NCBI GenBank assembly: GCA_950097015.1
Contig: CATNEN010000038.1
Span: 18,786,001-18,850,000 of the forward strand
Direction of reading: 5' to 3'
Source: Macrostomum hystrix
Lineage: Eukaryota; Animalia; Platyhelminthes
Length of the DNA stretch: 64,000 nucleotides
A program made the position numbers and the translations under genes. The notes beneath the pieces are model-generated. The model did no database searches. It saw nothing but the letters and a program-made list of their open reading frames with translations, and was not told the DNA's origin. Below are positions 38,759 to 49,943 of this stretch, one piece after another. How positions within the stretch are numbered: position 1 is the first letter of the stretch; each line of letters begins with the position of its first letter.

Positions 38759-41053
38759 TCAACCCCGACCCACTAAGGCACCCAGCTCGGCCCTCAAGCG
38801 TCGGTTCATCGCCAGCAGAATGACCGGATTAGCGGCGCTGTTGCTAACCGCCATGAGAAACAGCAGCCTAGTGACCAGCTCGGGTATGACCGGAGTCAGC
38901 CCTGACACCAGGGTGGCCACAATCACGGGACCCCACAGCAGCAGGAAGCAGCACCAGGTGACGAAAAGGCTGCGCGCCAAGCGAACTGATTCAGTCGGCG
39001 CTGATTGGCCGCCGTTAGCCGGCTTATCGGAGCCGCCAATCGCAGCTGTTCGACGATTGGATCGACGAAAGACGAGAAAGATTCCGCAGTAGCTGGCCAG
39101 CGAGACGAGGATTGACGGTAGGCCCACAGCCAGACAGCCGAAAGCAACTACATAGTAGTAACTGGGCGTGTGCCCCCAGGCAAATAGGCAGGTGCCGAAA
39201 GCTGAGTTGTACTCGTATCTAAGGGGGCAATTACTCGTATTTATTTGCCTGAGCCTATTGCTTTCTCAAACTTTCTCACTCTCTCTCTCCTTCTCACTCT
39301 TGCAATCCACCTTTCTCCCTGACTCTCTATTCCTCTCTCCCTCTCTCTCTGACTCTCTCCCTCTGTCTCTCTCCCTCTGTCTCTGACTCTCTCCCTCTCT
39401 CTCCGACTCTCTTCCTCTGTCTCTGACTCTCTCCCTCTGTCTCTGACTCTCTCCCTCTGTCTCTGACTCTCTCCCTCTGTCTCTGACTCTCTCCCTCTGT
39501 CTCTGACTCTCTTCCTCTGTCTCTGACTCTCTCCCTCTGTCTCTGACTCTCTCCCTCTGTCTCTGACTCTCTCCCTCTGGCTCTGACTCTCTCCCTCTCT
39601 CTCCGACTCTCTTCCTCTGTCTCTGACTCTCTCCCTCTGTCTCTGACTCTCTCCCTCTGTCTCTGACTCTCTCCCTCTGTCTCTGACTCTCTCCCTCTGT
39701 CTCTGACTCTCATCCTCTCTCTCTGACTCTCTTCCTCTGGCTCTGACTCTCTCCCTCTGTGTCTGACTCTCTCCCTCTGTCTCTGACTCTCTTCCTCTCT
39801 CTCTGACTCTCTCCCTCTGTCTCTGACTCTCTCCCTCTCTCTCTGACTCTCTTCCTCTGGCTCTGACTCTCTTCCTCTGTCTCTGACTCTCTTCCTCTGT
39901 CTCTGACTCTCTCTGGCTCTCTCTCCCTCTCTCCCTCTCTCTCAGGTTAGCACCGGCGTCTCGTACGACCGAGTCAGTGCCACGGAGTTGAGTGAGTATG
40001 GATTGAGTTGCGGGGCGCTGCCGAATCGATTACGATATGTTGAGATTGAAAGCTGGATTTGAACAAGCGCCTATAGCCTAATGGCTAAAGCGCTAGGCTA
40101 GACTCTACTGATGAGCTCCAATAAGAGCGAAACGCGTCTGGAGTTGCCTTGGTTCGAATCCTGATTTCAATTTTTTCGATACATATCGGAATCGATTCCA
40201 ACATTAGATTTTTGAAATTCAATGGGCAGTGTCCTCTCTCCTCTCTCCCGCTCTCTCTCCCTCTCTCCCAGTCTCTCTCTTACTCTCTCTGACTCTCTCT
40301 GGCTCTCTCTGACTCTCTCCCGCTCTCTGTGACCCTCTCTCTGACAATCTCTATTTATATTCTCCCTCTATATATATAGAGGGAGAATATATATTCTATA
40401 TTTGACTCTCCCTCTATCTATAAAACTCACCCTCTCTATTTGACTCTTTCCATGAGTCCATCTCTTTGACTCTGTCGAATATATTCGAATATATAAGATT
40501 ATTCTTCCCGAAAAAAACCCGAAACTCAAACCTCGCACCTTCCGAATCCCAGCAGTGGCGGCGCTGCGAACGCGGCGGGCAGCAGCCAGACGCCGGCCAG
40601 CCAGCCAATCAGAGCTCGGCGAGATCCGAATGCTCGCTGGAATGCCCGGCCGCCTCCGCTGCCAGAGATGAGCAAATAGCGACTGCCCGCCTGCAGCGCC
40701 GTGCCGCACAGGCTGCACTCCAGCAGCTGCATCGCTGCGAAGCCCAACCCGACGCAGGCGGCCGAGCCGGGTCCTCGTCGGCCCAAAAAGGCCACCATCT
40801 CCGGGCCAATCAGCGCTGTCGCCAGCAGGTCCACAATAGCTTGGTTAGCAACGAAAGCGAAGCCGGCCACTGAGCGCATGCCCGGATTCTTGGCTGTGAA
40901 GATTGTTGCTATGACAGCTAGGTTGCCAAGGAAGCCGACTGCTATGACCAGGGCGAGCCAGACAATGAACAGATTTGAGAACGTTGAGCTCAAACTTGAG
41001 CTCAGCGGCTCAGCGGCTGCAGTGGCATTCAGGCTAGTTCCTGTTTCTGTCAT
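38759..41053 (-). CDS. Class A (rhodopsin-like) GPCR, orphan/melatonin-receptor-like
   Basis: Exons 41053-40539 and 39218-38759 (phase 2), 324 aa. TM1 GFLGN; TM2 NQAIVDL; SRY in place of DRY; ECL2 [16 protein letters not shown]; TM6 FLLLWGP; TM7 NSAANPVIL. Confidence 0.85.
39350..39942. repeat. 20-bp CT-rich minisatellite (CTCTGACTCTCTCCCTCTGT), GPCR intron
   Basis: Tandem units immediately 5' of hammerhead element copy 1. Confidence 0.9.
39968..40269 (+). mobile_element. Non-autonomous retrozyme/SINE-like element: tRNA-like Pol III cassette with embedded hammerhead, copy 1
   Basis: Near-identical to 47251-47553. A-box TAGCCTAATGG 40074-84; hammerhead 40101-45; B-box GGTTCGAATCC 40151-61; T6 at 40171-76; inverted arms 40012-66/40148-234; CT-rich tail. 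Confidence 0.8.
40101..40145 (+). ncRNA. Minimal type I hammerhead ribozyme (palindromic stem III, dimer-type), copy 1
   Basis: Stem I GACUCUA/UGGAGUU; core CUGAUGA 40108-14; stem II GCUC-caauaa-GAGC; GAAA 40129-32; stem III palindrome ACGCGU; GUC cleavage after 40138. Confidence 0.88.
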
Positions 41054-41499
41054 ATTTCAGTTTGTCACTGATCTTCTTCTTCTAAAAGTAAGAGCTTCGT
41101 GGGAAAGGGATTTATTTCTACTCTGTCGCACTCACTGTATAAAAATCCCACATTTCCTGTCCTATCCAAGTTTTTTTAGACAACCAATTACAGCATAGGC
41201 TGAGCATGCTAGTTGGACAGAGATCCCAATTATCTTCCCCCCAAATTCTCTGCCTATCCCATCCCTCTTTTTGTTGAGCAATTACGATTATATAGTGACT
41301 ATTCCTACTTGGCTGCAATTATCTTTCATTTGCTTAGCTAGAAACGCAGATAAAGAATATATCAGATTTTATTTTCAAATATTGAATATTTTAAAATCGA
41401 TCTGTAGTTCCGTGAATTAGAATCATCTGCACCCAACCCCAAACGCTCAGCTGTGATTGGCTCTCGCCAACCCTCTTTCTTCCGGCACCTTCACAGCAG

Positions 41500-43345
41500 C
41501 TCAAATCTGATTGGCTCTCTCATTATATCTTTCCTCAACCGCTTCAAAGCTCAAATCTGATTGGGTCTCTCATTCGATCTTTCCTCAACCCCTTTAAACT
41601 TCAAATCTGATAGGCTCCTCGTTCCATCTTTCCTCAACCGCTTCAAAGCTCGAATCTGATTGGCTCTCTCTCACTCCATCTTTCCTTAACCCCATCAAAG
41701 CTCAAATCTGATTGGCTCTCTCATTCCATCTTTTCTTAAGCCTATCAAAGCTCGAATCTGATTGGCTCTCTCATTCCATCTTTCCTTAACCCCATCAAAG
41801 CTCGAATCTGATTGGCTCTCTCTCACTCCATCTTTCCTTAACCCCATCAAAGCTCAAATCTGATTGGCTCTCTCACTCCATCTTTCCTCAACCCCTTCAA
41901 AGCTCGAATCTGATTGGCTCTCTCACTCCATCTTTCCTCAACCCCTTCAAAGCTCGAATCTGATTGGCTCTCTCGTTCCATCTTTCCTTAACCCCATCAA
42001 AGCTCGAATCTGATTGGCTCTCTAACTCCATCTTTCCTTAACCCCATCAAAGCTCGAATCTGATTGGCTCTCTCACTCCATCTTTCCTTAACCCCATCAA
42101 AGCTCGAATCTGATTGGCTCTCTCACTCCATCTTTCCTTAACCCCATCAAAGCTCAAATCTGATTGGCTCTCTCATTCCATCTTTCCTTAACCCCATCAA
42201 AGCTCGAATCTGATTGGCTCTCTTATTCCATCTTTCCTTAACCCCATCAAAGCTCGAATCTGATTGGCTCTCTCTCACTCCATCTTTCCTTAACCCCATC
42301 AAAGCTCAAATCTGATTGGCTCTCTCACTCCATATTTCCTCAACCCCTTCAAAGCTCGAATCTGATTGGCTCTCTCATTCCATCTTTCCTCAACACCTTC
42401 AAAGCTCGAATCTGATTGGCTCTCTCACTCCATCTTTCCTTAACCCCATCAAAGCTCGAATCTGATTGGCTCTCTCATTCCATCTTTCCTCAACACCTTC
42501 AAAGCTCGAATCTGATTGGCTCTCTCACTCCATCTTTCCTCAACCCCTTCAAAGCTCGAATCTGATTGGCTCTCTCACTCCATCTTTCCTTAACCCCATC
42601 AAAGCTCAAATCTGATTGGCTCTCTTACTCCATCTTTCCTCAACCCCATCAAAGCTCGAATCTGATTGGCTCTCTTATTCCATCTTTCCTTAACCCCATC
42701 AAAGCTCGAATCTGATTGGCTCTCTCTCACTCCATCTTTCCTTAACCCCATCAAAGCTCAAATCTGATTGGCTCTCTCACTCCATATTTCCTCAACCCCT
42801 TCAAAGCTCGAATCTGATTGGCTCTCTCATTCCATCTTTCCTCAACACCTTCAAAGCTCGAATCTGATTGGCTCTCTCACTCCATCTTTCCTCAACCCCT
42901 TCAAAGCTCGAATCTGATTGGCTCTCTCACTCCATCTTTCCTTAACCCCATCAAAGCTCAAATCTGATTGGCTCTCTTACTCCATCTTTCCTCAACCCCT
43001 TCAAAGCTCGAATCTGATTGGCTCTCTCACTCCATCTTTCCTTAACCCCATCAAAGCTCAAATCTGATTGGCTCTCTTACTCCATCTTTCCTCAACCCCA
43101 TCAAAGCTCGAATCTGATTGGCTCTCTTATTCCATCTTTCCTTAACCCCATCAAAGCTCGAATCTGATTGGCTCTCTTATTCCATCTTTCCTCAACCCCT
43201 TCAAAGCTCGAATCTGATTGGCTCTCTCACTCCATCTTTCCTTAACCCCATCAAAGTCAAATCTGATTGGCTCTCTCACTCCATCTTTCCTTAACCCCAT
43301 CAAAGTCAAATCTGATTGGCTCTCTCACTCCATCTTTCCTCAACC
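41500..43345. repeat. 50-bp minisatellite carrying a CCAAT box (AGCCAATCAGA on minus strand) in nearly every unit
   Basis: About 36 units of AATCTGATTGGCTCTCTCACTCCATCTTTCCTTAACCCCATCAAAGCTCG. Confidence 0.95.
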
Positions 43346-43937
43346 TTTTAAATCTTAAATATATATCTGCATAGAGGCAAGTAAAGTCCTTGTTAAGTTG
43401 ACCATTAACTGGTCAAGAATAATGAATTGTATTCCAATTGAATATTGAAGTATATAGTGTTTTTTTCGCCATTTACTGATGAGCAAGATATTGAAGACAT
43501 GGCGGTGCTAACTTAGATTGAGATTAGTTTGAGGGTATAGTTTGATATCAGCAACCCTCACAGTACGAGAATATGTTAGTTAAACTCTTTTCTTACATTA
43601 TAACAATTTTAAAAGTGGACAATTTTTAATTGCAAAAAAGTGCGTTTAAAAAGTACAGTATCTAACACACTACAGCTATTATAAACAAAAAATATGCATA
43701 CTGCTAGAGCTTAATGTTCAAACAAAATATTTTTTTCAATTGGTTCCTTTTTCTGGCCATCTGCAAATTGTATTTTATGCGTCTATGGGATCTTGATTTC
43801 ATAGCGGAATCCCAGTATCTAAGCGAGGGTACGCGGTAAAAAATCCCATAAATTACTGTCTATTTAGATTGCTGCATAACACGGTTAAACAAATTTGAGG
43901 GAAATCCTTCGATCATTCGATCCGTCACATTGCTGAG

Positions 43938-44370
43938 TCACTCTCGCTCGATGCCGGAGGCTCTAACTGCGAAGCTCTTGACCTCCTGGGCCTCCTGAAC
44001 TAGGGCGCAGAAGGCGCAGAACAGCCATAGACACCAATCCTTGCAGCAGCTGCCCTCAATGCCCTGACGTTCGCGGATTCTGCCGCGGATCAACGGGCCG
44101 AGGATGCAGTGAAGGCCAAGCACGAAGCCGAAGGCGCACAGGCAGCAGTTGCTGCCAACAGCTTCGGCGTTACGGCCGAAGGTGTAGCAAGGACAGAAGT
44201 AGCTAATGACGCAGAGAGCTAAAATGAGGGGGATTCGCGAGACTTTTAAAAAGTGATTTTCTTGATTTTCTCGCGTTTCAAGAAATACGAGACAATTTTC
44301 CAAGAAACTCACTGCAGTCGTCGAAACAGCCGCACAGGCCGTGCTGAAAGTCTTTGGTTGAAGCGTTCAT
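43938..44370 (-). CDS. PLAC8/cornifelin family cysteine-rich protein
   Basis: Exons 44370-44313 (MNASTKDFQHGLCGCFDDC) and 44218-43938 (TLCVISYFCPCYTFGRNAE...RGRIRERQGIEGSCCKDW...FCALVQEAQE), 112 aa; characteristic PLAC8 motifs. Confidence 0.92.
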
Positions 44371-44967
44371 CGCTCTGACTAAGGTGCGTGTGCGTGTGCT
44401 GGCAGGGGTATTCTCGAGGCTATAATTTTAAGAAAATTTTTGTCCAACCGAAGTTTAACCAGCCGCTAGCAGATAAAGGCTTGCTCGAGTCTACAACACC
44501 AAACCCACCCTCCGCTGTTACTATTCTGAGTGGCTTCCAGTGTCTCAGATTTGTTTTGTTTAGGTCTAGGCTCATTGGTAAGCAAGCATCTATTTTCTTG
44601 GATAATAAGATTTCCGAATATAGAAACAAAGCCAGGGACTTGATCACACCACCGGTGGTGCTGAGGTGGCTTTTAGAGAGCTCCGAAACGCCCGACAATA
44701 TGACCCTGTCCATTCTATTGTTGTTTGTCACTGTGGCTGTGGCTCAGTAAATTGTGCAATTGCTAGCTGACAACAATAACTATTGACAGACTAAAGAAGG
44801 CCAACAGTTTTTCGGTTGCTCGTTTGTTTAGCATAATATGACTACAGTGAGTCATGCTCAAACCTGTGACGACTTAGTTGCGTTGAGTCTATTCTCATGA
44901 AAGGGTTCGCATAGTGTGTCAATGTCTGAATTTGCCTAAACCCCGAAATAAATATTTACGGATTTAC

Positions 44968-46090
44968 TCACATTCCACGCCTCCCATTCCATGCCTCCCA
45001 TTCCACGCTTCACATTCCACGCCTCACATTCCACGCCTCACATTCCACGCCTCACATTCCACGCTTCACATTCCACGCCTCACATTCCACGCCTCACATT
45101 CCACGCCTCACATTCCACGCCTCACATTCCACGCCTCACATTCCACGCCTCACATTCCATGCCTCACATTCCACGCCTCACATTCCACGCCTACATTCCA
45201 CGCCTCACATTCCACGCCTCACATTCCACGCCTCACATTCCACGCCTCACATTCCACGCTTCACATTCCGCGCCTCACATTCCATGCCTCACATTCCACG
45301 CTTCACATTCCACGCCTCACATTCCACGCCTCACATTCCACGCTTCACATTCCACGCCTCACATTCCGCGCCTCACATTCCACGCCTCACATTCCACGCT
45401 TCACATTCCACGCCTCACATTCCACGCTTCACATTCCACGCCTCACATTCCACGCCTCACATTCCACGCTTCACATTCCACGCCTCACATTCCACGCCTC
45501 ACATTCCACGCTTCACATTCCACGCCTCACATTCCACGCCTCACATTCCACGCCTCACATTCCACGCCTCACATTCCACGCCTCACATTCCACGCCTCAC
45601 ATTCCATGCCTCACATTCCACGCCTCACATTCCACGCCTCACATTCCACGCCTCACATTCCACGCTTCACATTCCGCGCCTCACATTCCATGCCTCACAT
45701 TCCACGCTTCACATTCCACGCCTCACATTCCACGCCTCACATTCCACGCTTCACATTCCACGCCTCACATTCCGCGCCTCACATTCCACGCCTCACATTC
45801 CACGCTTCACATTCCACGCCTCACATTCCACGCTTCACATTCCACGCCTCACATTCCACGCCTCACATTCCACGCTTCACATTCCACGCCTCACATTCCA
45901 CGCCTCACATTCCACGCCTCACATTCCACGCTTCACATTCCACGCCTCACATTCCACGCCTCACATTCTACGCCTTACATTCTACGTTTCGCATTGCACG
46001 ACTAAAAATTACACGCCTTACATTGCATGCCTCAAATTCCAAGCCTTACATTCCACGCCTCACATTCCACGCCTCTCATTCCACGCTTCA
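44968..46090. repeat. 14-bp minisatellite (CACATTCCACGCCT)
   Basis: Tandem units. Confidence 0.95.
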
Positions 46091-47250
46091 AATATGATGC
46101 CTCACATTATTCCTCACAAATTCTCTGCTTTCAACGTCATTTTTTACATTGAATACACAGCTAACACACCGTGACCTACCCGCAATGAAAGTTGACCCAC
46201 TGGGAGGTTAAATTGGCGAACAATTAATTAATGCCTCTCGCATTGTGCAGAAAATGAAGTTTCTGAGCTGTTTCAATTTCATGCATTCACGTGAATGCTT
46301 GAGCACGAATCGCTTACACACTCATACACTTATACGCTCGCAGACAGACTGACCGCATTAACCCGTAAAACTTATATTCCAAAAGAGTTAAGTGTCAACG
46401 CCCAACTCATTGAGAATCCACTTTATCTGATGCAAAGCAGTTTTTTGTAGAGTGTTGCGAAAATTACTTTTTCTAATTCGTCGTCTGGTTATCGGTGGAA
46501 TGTCGTCTCTGAGCTGTCTACTCATCTTTATCTTTGCAGCCTTACTAGCTAGAGTTAAGAATGTACTCGTAGTTCATAACCAATTAGTTAAAACTTTCAC
46601 ACACTTCAGCGATCACTTCTGCTACTTCTAACCTGCTATTCACACGAAACTATATCCAGTTCACTAACCCACTCTCGCTCATTCCCTCTCTCACTCTCAC
46701 TCGTTCACACTCTCACTCTCACTCGTTCACACTCTCACTCTCACTCGTTCACTCTCTCACTCTCACTCGTTCACTCTCTCACTCTCACTCGTTCACTCTC
46801 TCACTCTCACTCGTTCACTCTCTCACACTCTCTCTTTCACTCTCTCACTCTCTCTCTTTCACACTCTCTCACTCTCTCTCGTTTACTCTCTCACACTCTC
46901 TCGTTCACTCTCCCACTCTCTCTCGGTCACACTCTCACTCTCACTCGTTCACTCTCTCACTCTCACTCGTTCACTCTCTCACTCTCACTCGTTCACTCTC
47001 TCACACTCTCTCTTTCACTCTCTCACTCTCTCTCTTTCACACTTTCTCACTCTCTCTCGTTTACTCTCTCACACTCTCTCGTTCACTCTCCCACTCTCTC
47101 TTGTTCACACTCTCACTCTCTCTCGTTCACTCTCTCACTCTCTCTCGTTCACACTCTCTCACTCTCTCTCGGTCACTCTCTCACTCTCTCTCGTTCACTC
47201 TCTCACTCTCTCACTCTCTCTCGTTCACTCTCTCACTCTCTCTCGGTCAC

Positions 47251-47553
47251 ACCGAGTCAGTGCCACGGAGTTGAGTGAGTATGGATTGAGTTGCGGGGCG
47301 CTGCCGAATCCAATACGATATGTTGAGATTGAAAGCTGGATTTGAACAAGCGCCTATAACCTAATGGCTAGAGCGCTAGGCTAGACTCTACTGATGAGCT
47401 CCAATAAGAGCGAAACGCGTCTGGAGTTGCCTTGGTTCGAATCCTGATTTCAATTTTTTCGATACATATCGGAATCGATTCCAACATTAGATTTTTTAAA
47501 TTAATTGGGCAGTGTCCTCTCTCCTCTCTCCCGCTCTCTCTCTCCCTCTCTCC
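47251..47553 (+). mobile_element. Non-autonomous retrozyme/SINE-like element with embedded hammerhead, copy 2
   Basis: Offset +7283 from copy 1, with about 7 differences, none in the hammerhead or B-box. A-box variant TAACCTAATGG 47357-67; B-box 47434-44. Confidence 0.8.
47384..47428 (+). ncRNA. Minimal type I hammerhead ribozyme, copy 2
   Basis: Identical to 40101-40145; CUGAUGA at 47391-97; cleavage after C47421. Confidence 0.88.
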
Positions 47554-48129
47554 CTCTCTCTCTCTCCCTCTCTCCCTCTCTCTCGGTCACACTCTCACTC
47601 TCTCTCGTTCACTCTCTCACTCTCTCTCGTTCACTCTCTCACTCTCTCTCTCGTTCACTCTCTCACTCTCTCTCGTTCACTCTCTCACTCTCTCTCGTTC
47701 ACTCTCTCACTCTCACTCTCTCAATAATTTATCTTCATTTTCTTTTCGAATATTTATCCTGAAGTACAATTGCAACCAATCAGAAATTAAATTAGCCTTC
47801 AGCTTGGCCATGCAATTTTCGTGAAAATCTGCCTTTAATAAACTTTCCAAGAAACGTCCTTCTTCTGCTTGATTTTCCTTGATCCTTGATGTCAATATAT
47901 ATCGGCCATGTTGTACTTTTGAAATGTTTAAGAGTTTGCGGCGAATGGAAAGATACAATATTTAATAAATCATTGTAAGTAATTGTTACTCATTGTTACT
48001 CATTGTTACTCATTGTTAGTCAAGTCAGTTGATGATAGTCAATTATCAGGACAATAAAAACAATTACGGAGCAGAAGATAGTCGAATTAATTAATAGGTA
48101 CAGATGGAATTGCAATCGCAATTTAATTA

Positions 48130-48700
48130 TCGATTCCATTTTCTTTTTTTAAGAGCTGCATCGGCAACGTCGCTGGGCCGATGACGAACTGTAGGGTCCA
48201 ACAAGTGCCGCCTGATGTCCCCCAAGCACCATAGTCGGGCAACCTCGCTTTGTACGTCATGGTCTGACGCTTGTGGTGTCGGAGATTGTACGTCTGTTCC
48301 TGGTTGAACCTGACGCTTGAAGACTCGCTAGCGGCCTCATTAGATGTCGTACATAGCTTGCTTGGCGGACAGTGGATCATTTTCTGTCAACTGCAGCTGG
48401 CAGCGCCAGTCAGTGCTGTCTTCGCCGCCAAAGAGCTCGCGTGGCTCCAGCCCGAGTGCGTCTAGGATCTGGTCCTCACGCCGACCGCCGTGCACACTCA
48501 GCCAGCCCTGCAAACGGAGGCAGATAGAGACGAACTCTTGGCACTTGCGCCCGCTTGTGCTGGCTGACAGTGATAAGCGATCGGACAACACGTCGATGCT
48601 AAACCAAAACCGGAACGCTCTCCGGCCGTAAAAGCAAATCTGAGTCCAGGCATACCCTAGGCTCAAATGTCGCGCCGACGGACTTTTGAATGCTGGACCA
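48130..48700 (-). pseudogene. GC-rich coding-like remnant of unknown origin
   Basis: GC-rich island in AT-rich flanks; longest ORF 48340..48729(-), stops in the continuing frames; no family recognised. Confidence 0.25.
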
Positions 48701-49025
48701 GCGATGGGAATGGCTAATATATATTTCAAGCTTAGCCTTGACTTGCGTTTTCACCACAAGCAACAGAGTCTGCATAATTGTTGGTCGACAGTTCAAGCTT
48801 GTTTGACTTTGAGATATTAAATTTAGTAAACAAGAAAAAATCTAACTAAACTTTATTAATTGTTTTAAACTAAAAAAAATTACAGAAGTTATAACTGATT
48901 TTTTTCAGTTTCTAGTTCTATTCGTGTATATTTTAACTTAGTTAAAATATCACTGATACTACTATGAATAAGTGTCAGTAGTGTGAGCTGCAAATTCGAT
49001 TTTTAATCAGGCTGCTGAAGTTATT

Positions 49026-49291
49026 TTAGGCAGCAAATCCATTCCCTACGTATGTCCTATTGACCTCCTGTGCCTCCTGCACCGGCGTGCAGAATGAGCA
49101 GAACAGCCATAGACAAAATTCGGTGCTGCAGTCGCCGGAAATGCTGCGTAGTTTGCGAATATCTGCGTGGACAATCGGACCCACAGCTGAGACTAATAAA
49201 GTGACCGATACAGCAGAGAAAGGCGCTGTGTCCAACAGCCTCTGCGTTCTTGGAAAATATGTAGGAAAAAGGGGGGAGACAACGCACAGGA
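49026..49291 (-). pseudogene. PLAC8/cornifelin paralog exon 2, frameshifted
   Basis: Similarity to the 43938 gene switches frames: LCVVS (frame a), YIFSKNAEAVGHSAFLCC (frame b), GPIVHADIRKLRSISGDCSTEFCLWLFCSFCTPVQEAQEV (frame a). Same acceptor position (tcag|tc ctg tgc); no exon 1 found. Confidence 0.75.
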
Positions 49292-49943
49292 CTGAAATTT
49301 TCATTCTTTCTGCATCAACTATTGTTAATTATTGTTACTTTAGTGATAATTACCGATGTCACTGATTTCCATCCATTAACCTTGTTATAATCGCCTACTA
49401 TGGAAAGAACAGTAAATGCTGAAATACTGGGTTCTTCAGTACAACACACATAACGAGAAAAAACGTTTTCTGAAATAAATATTTTATTTCAAAGTTTTCA
49501 AAAATATTTTACTCGTTGAAACTGGTCGCGAGAAGGCTCAATGAAAAGAACATAGATCAAATTACGACTTATTCTTCCGGCTTGCAACACAGTAAAACAA
49601 AACATATTAGTTATTTTTTTCTTACTTAACTATTAAAACGCAAGTTGTTTTTATTTATCAGAAAAAACTACATTTTGTTTTTAATATTTATTTTTTTGCT
49701 AACTTAGTTGGCCTCAAACACGGTCCACTCATGTCGTGCCAGCTCCAATGACCATGCGTAGCGGTTTAATTTGGGATAAAAAGTGACCATCGCGAGTTCT
49801 ATTATGGAAATTGCCTATATAAATTTGCTTGTATGCTTATTTTAAATTAGTGAAGGGCAGATCAGACCTGTATAACTGTTCACTCAATCTGAATTCAGAA
49901 TTCCTAATTTTAACTGACCGTCGGACGAGTTACAAACTAGAAA

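Larger units (their letters stand above)
46670..47722. repeat. CT/CA-rich repeat (CACTCTCTCACTCTCTCTCGTT) interrupted by hammerhead element copy 2
   Basis: The same repeat lies on both sides of 47251-47553. Confidence 0.85.

Noticed and set aside
48340-48729. Caspase-like SVHGG motif or transposon ORF
   Set aside because: No QACRG, RT, integrase or transposase motifs; left as an unassigned remnant.
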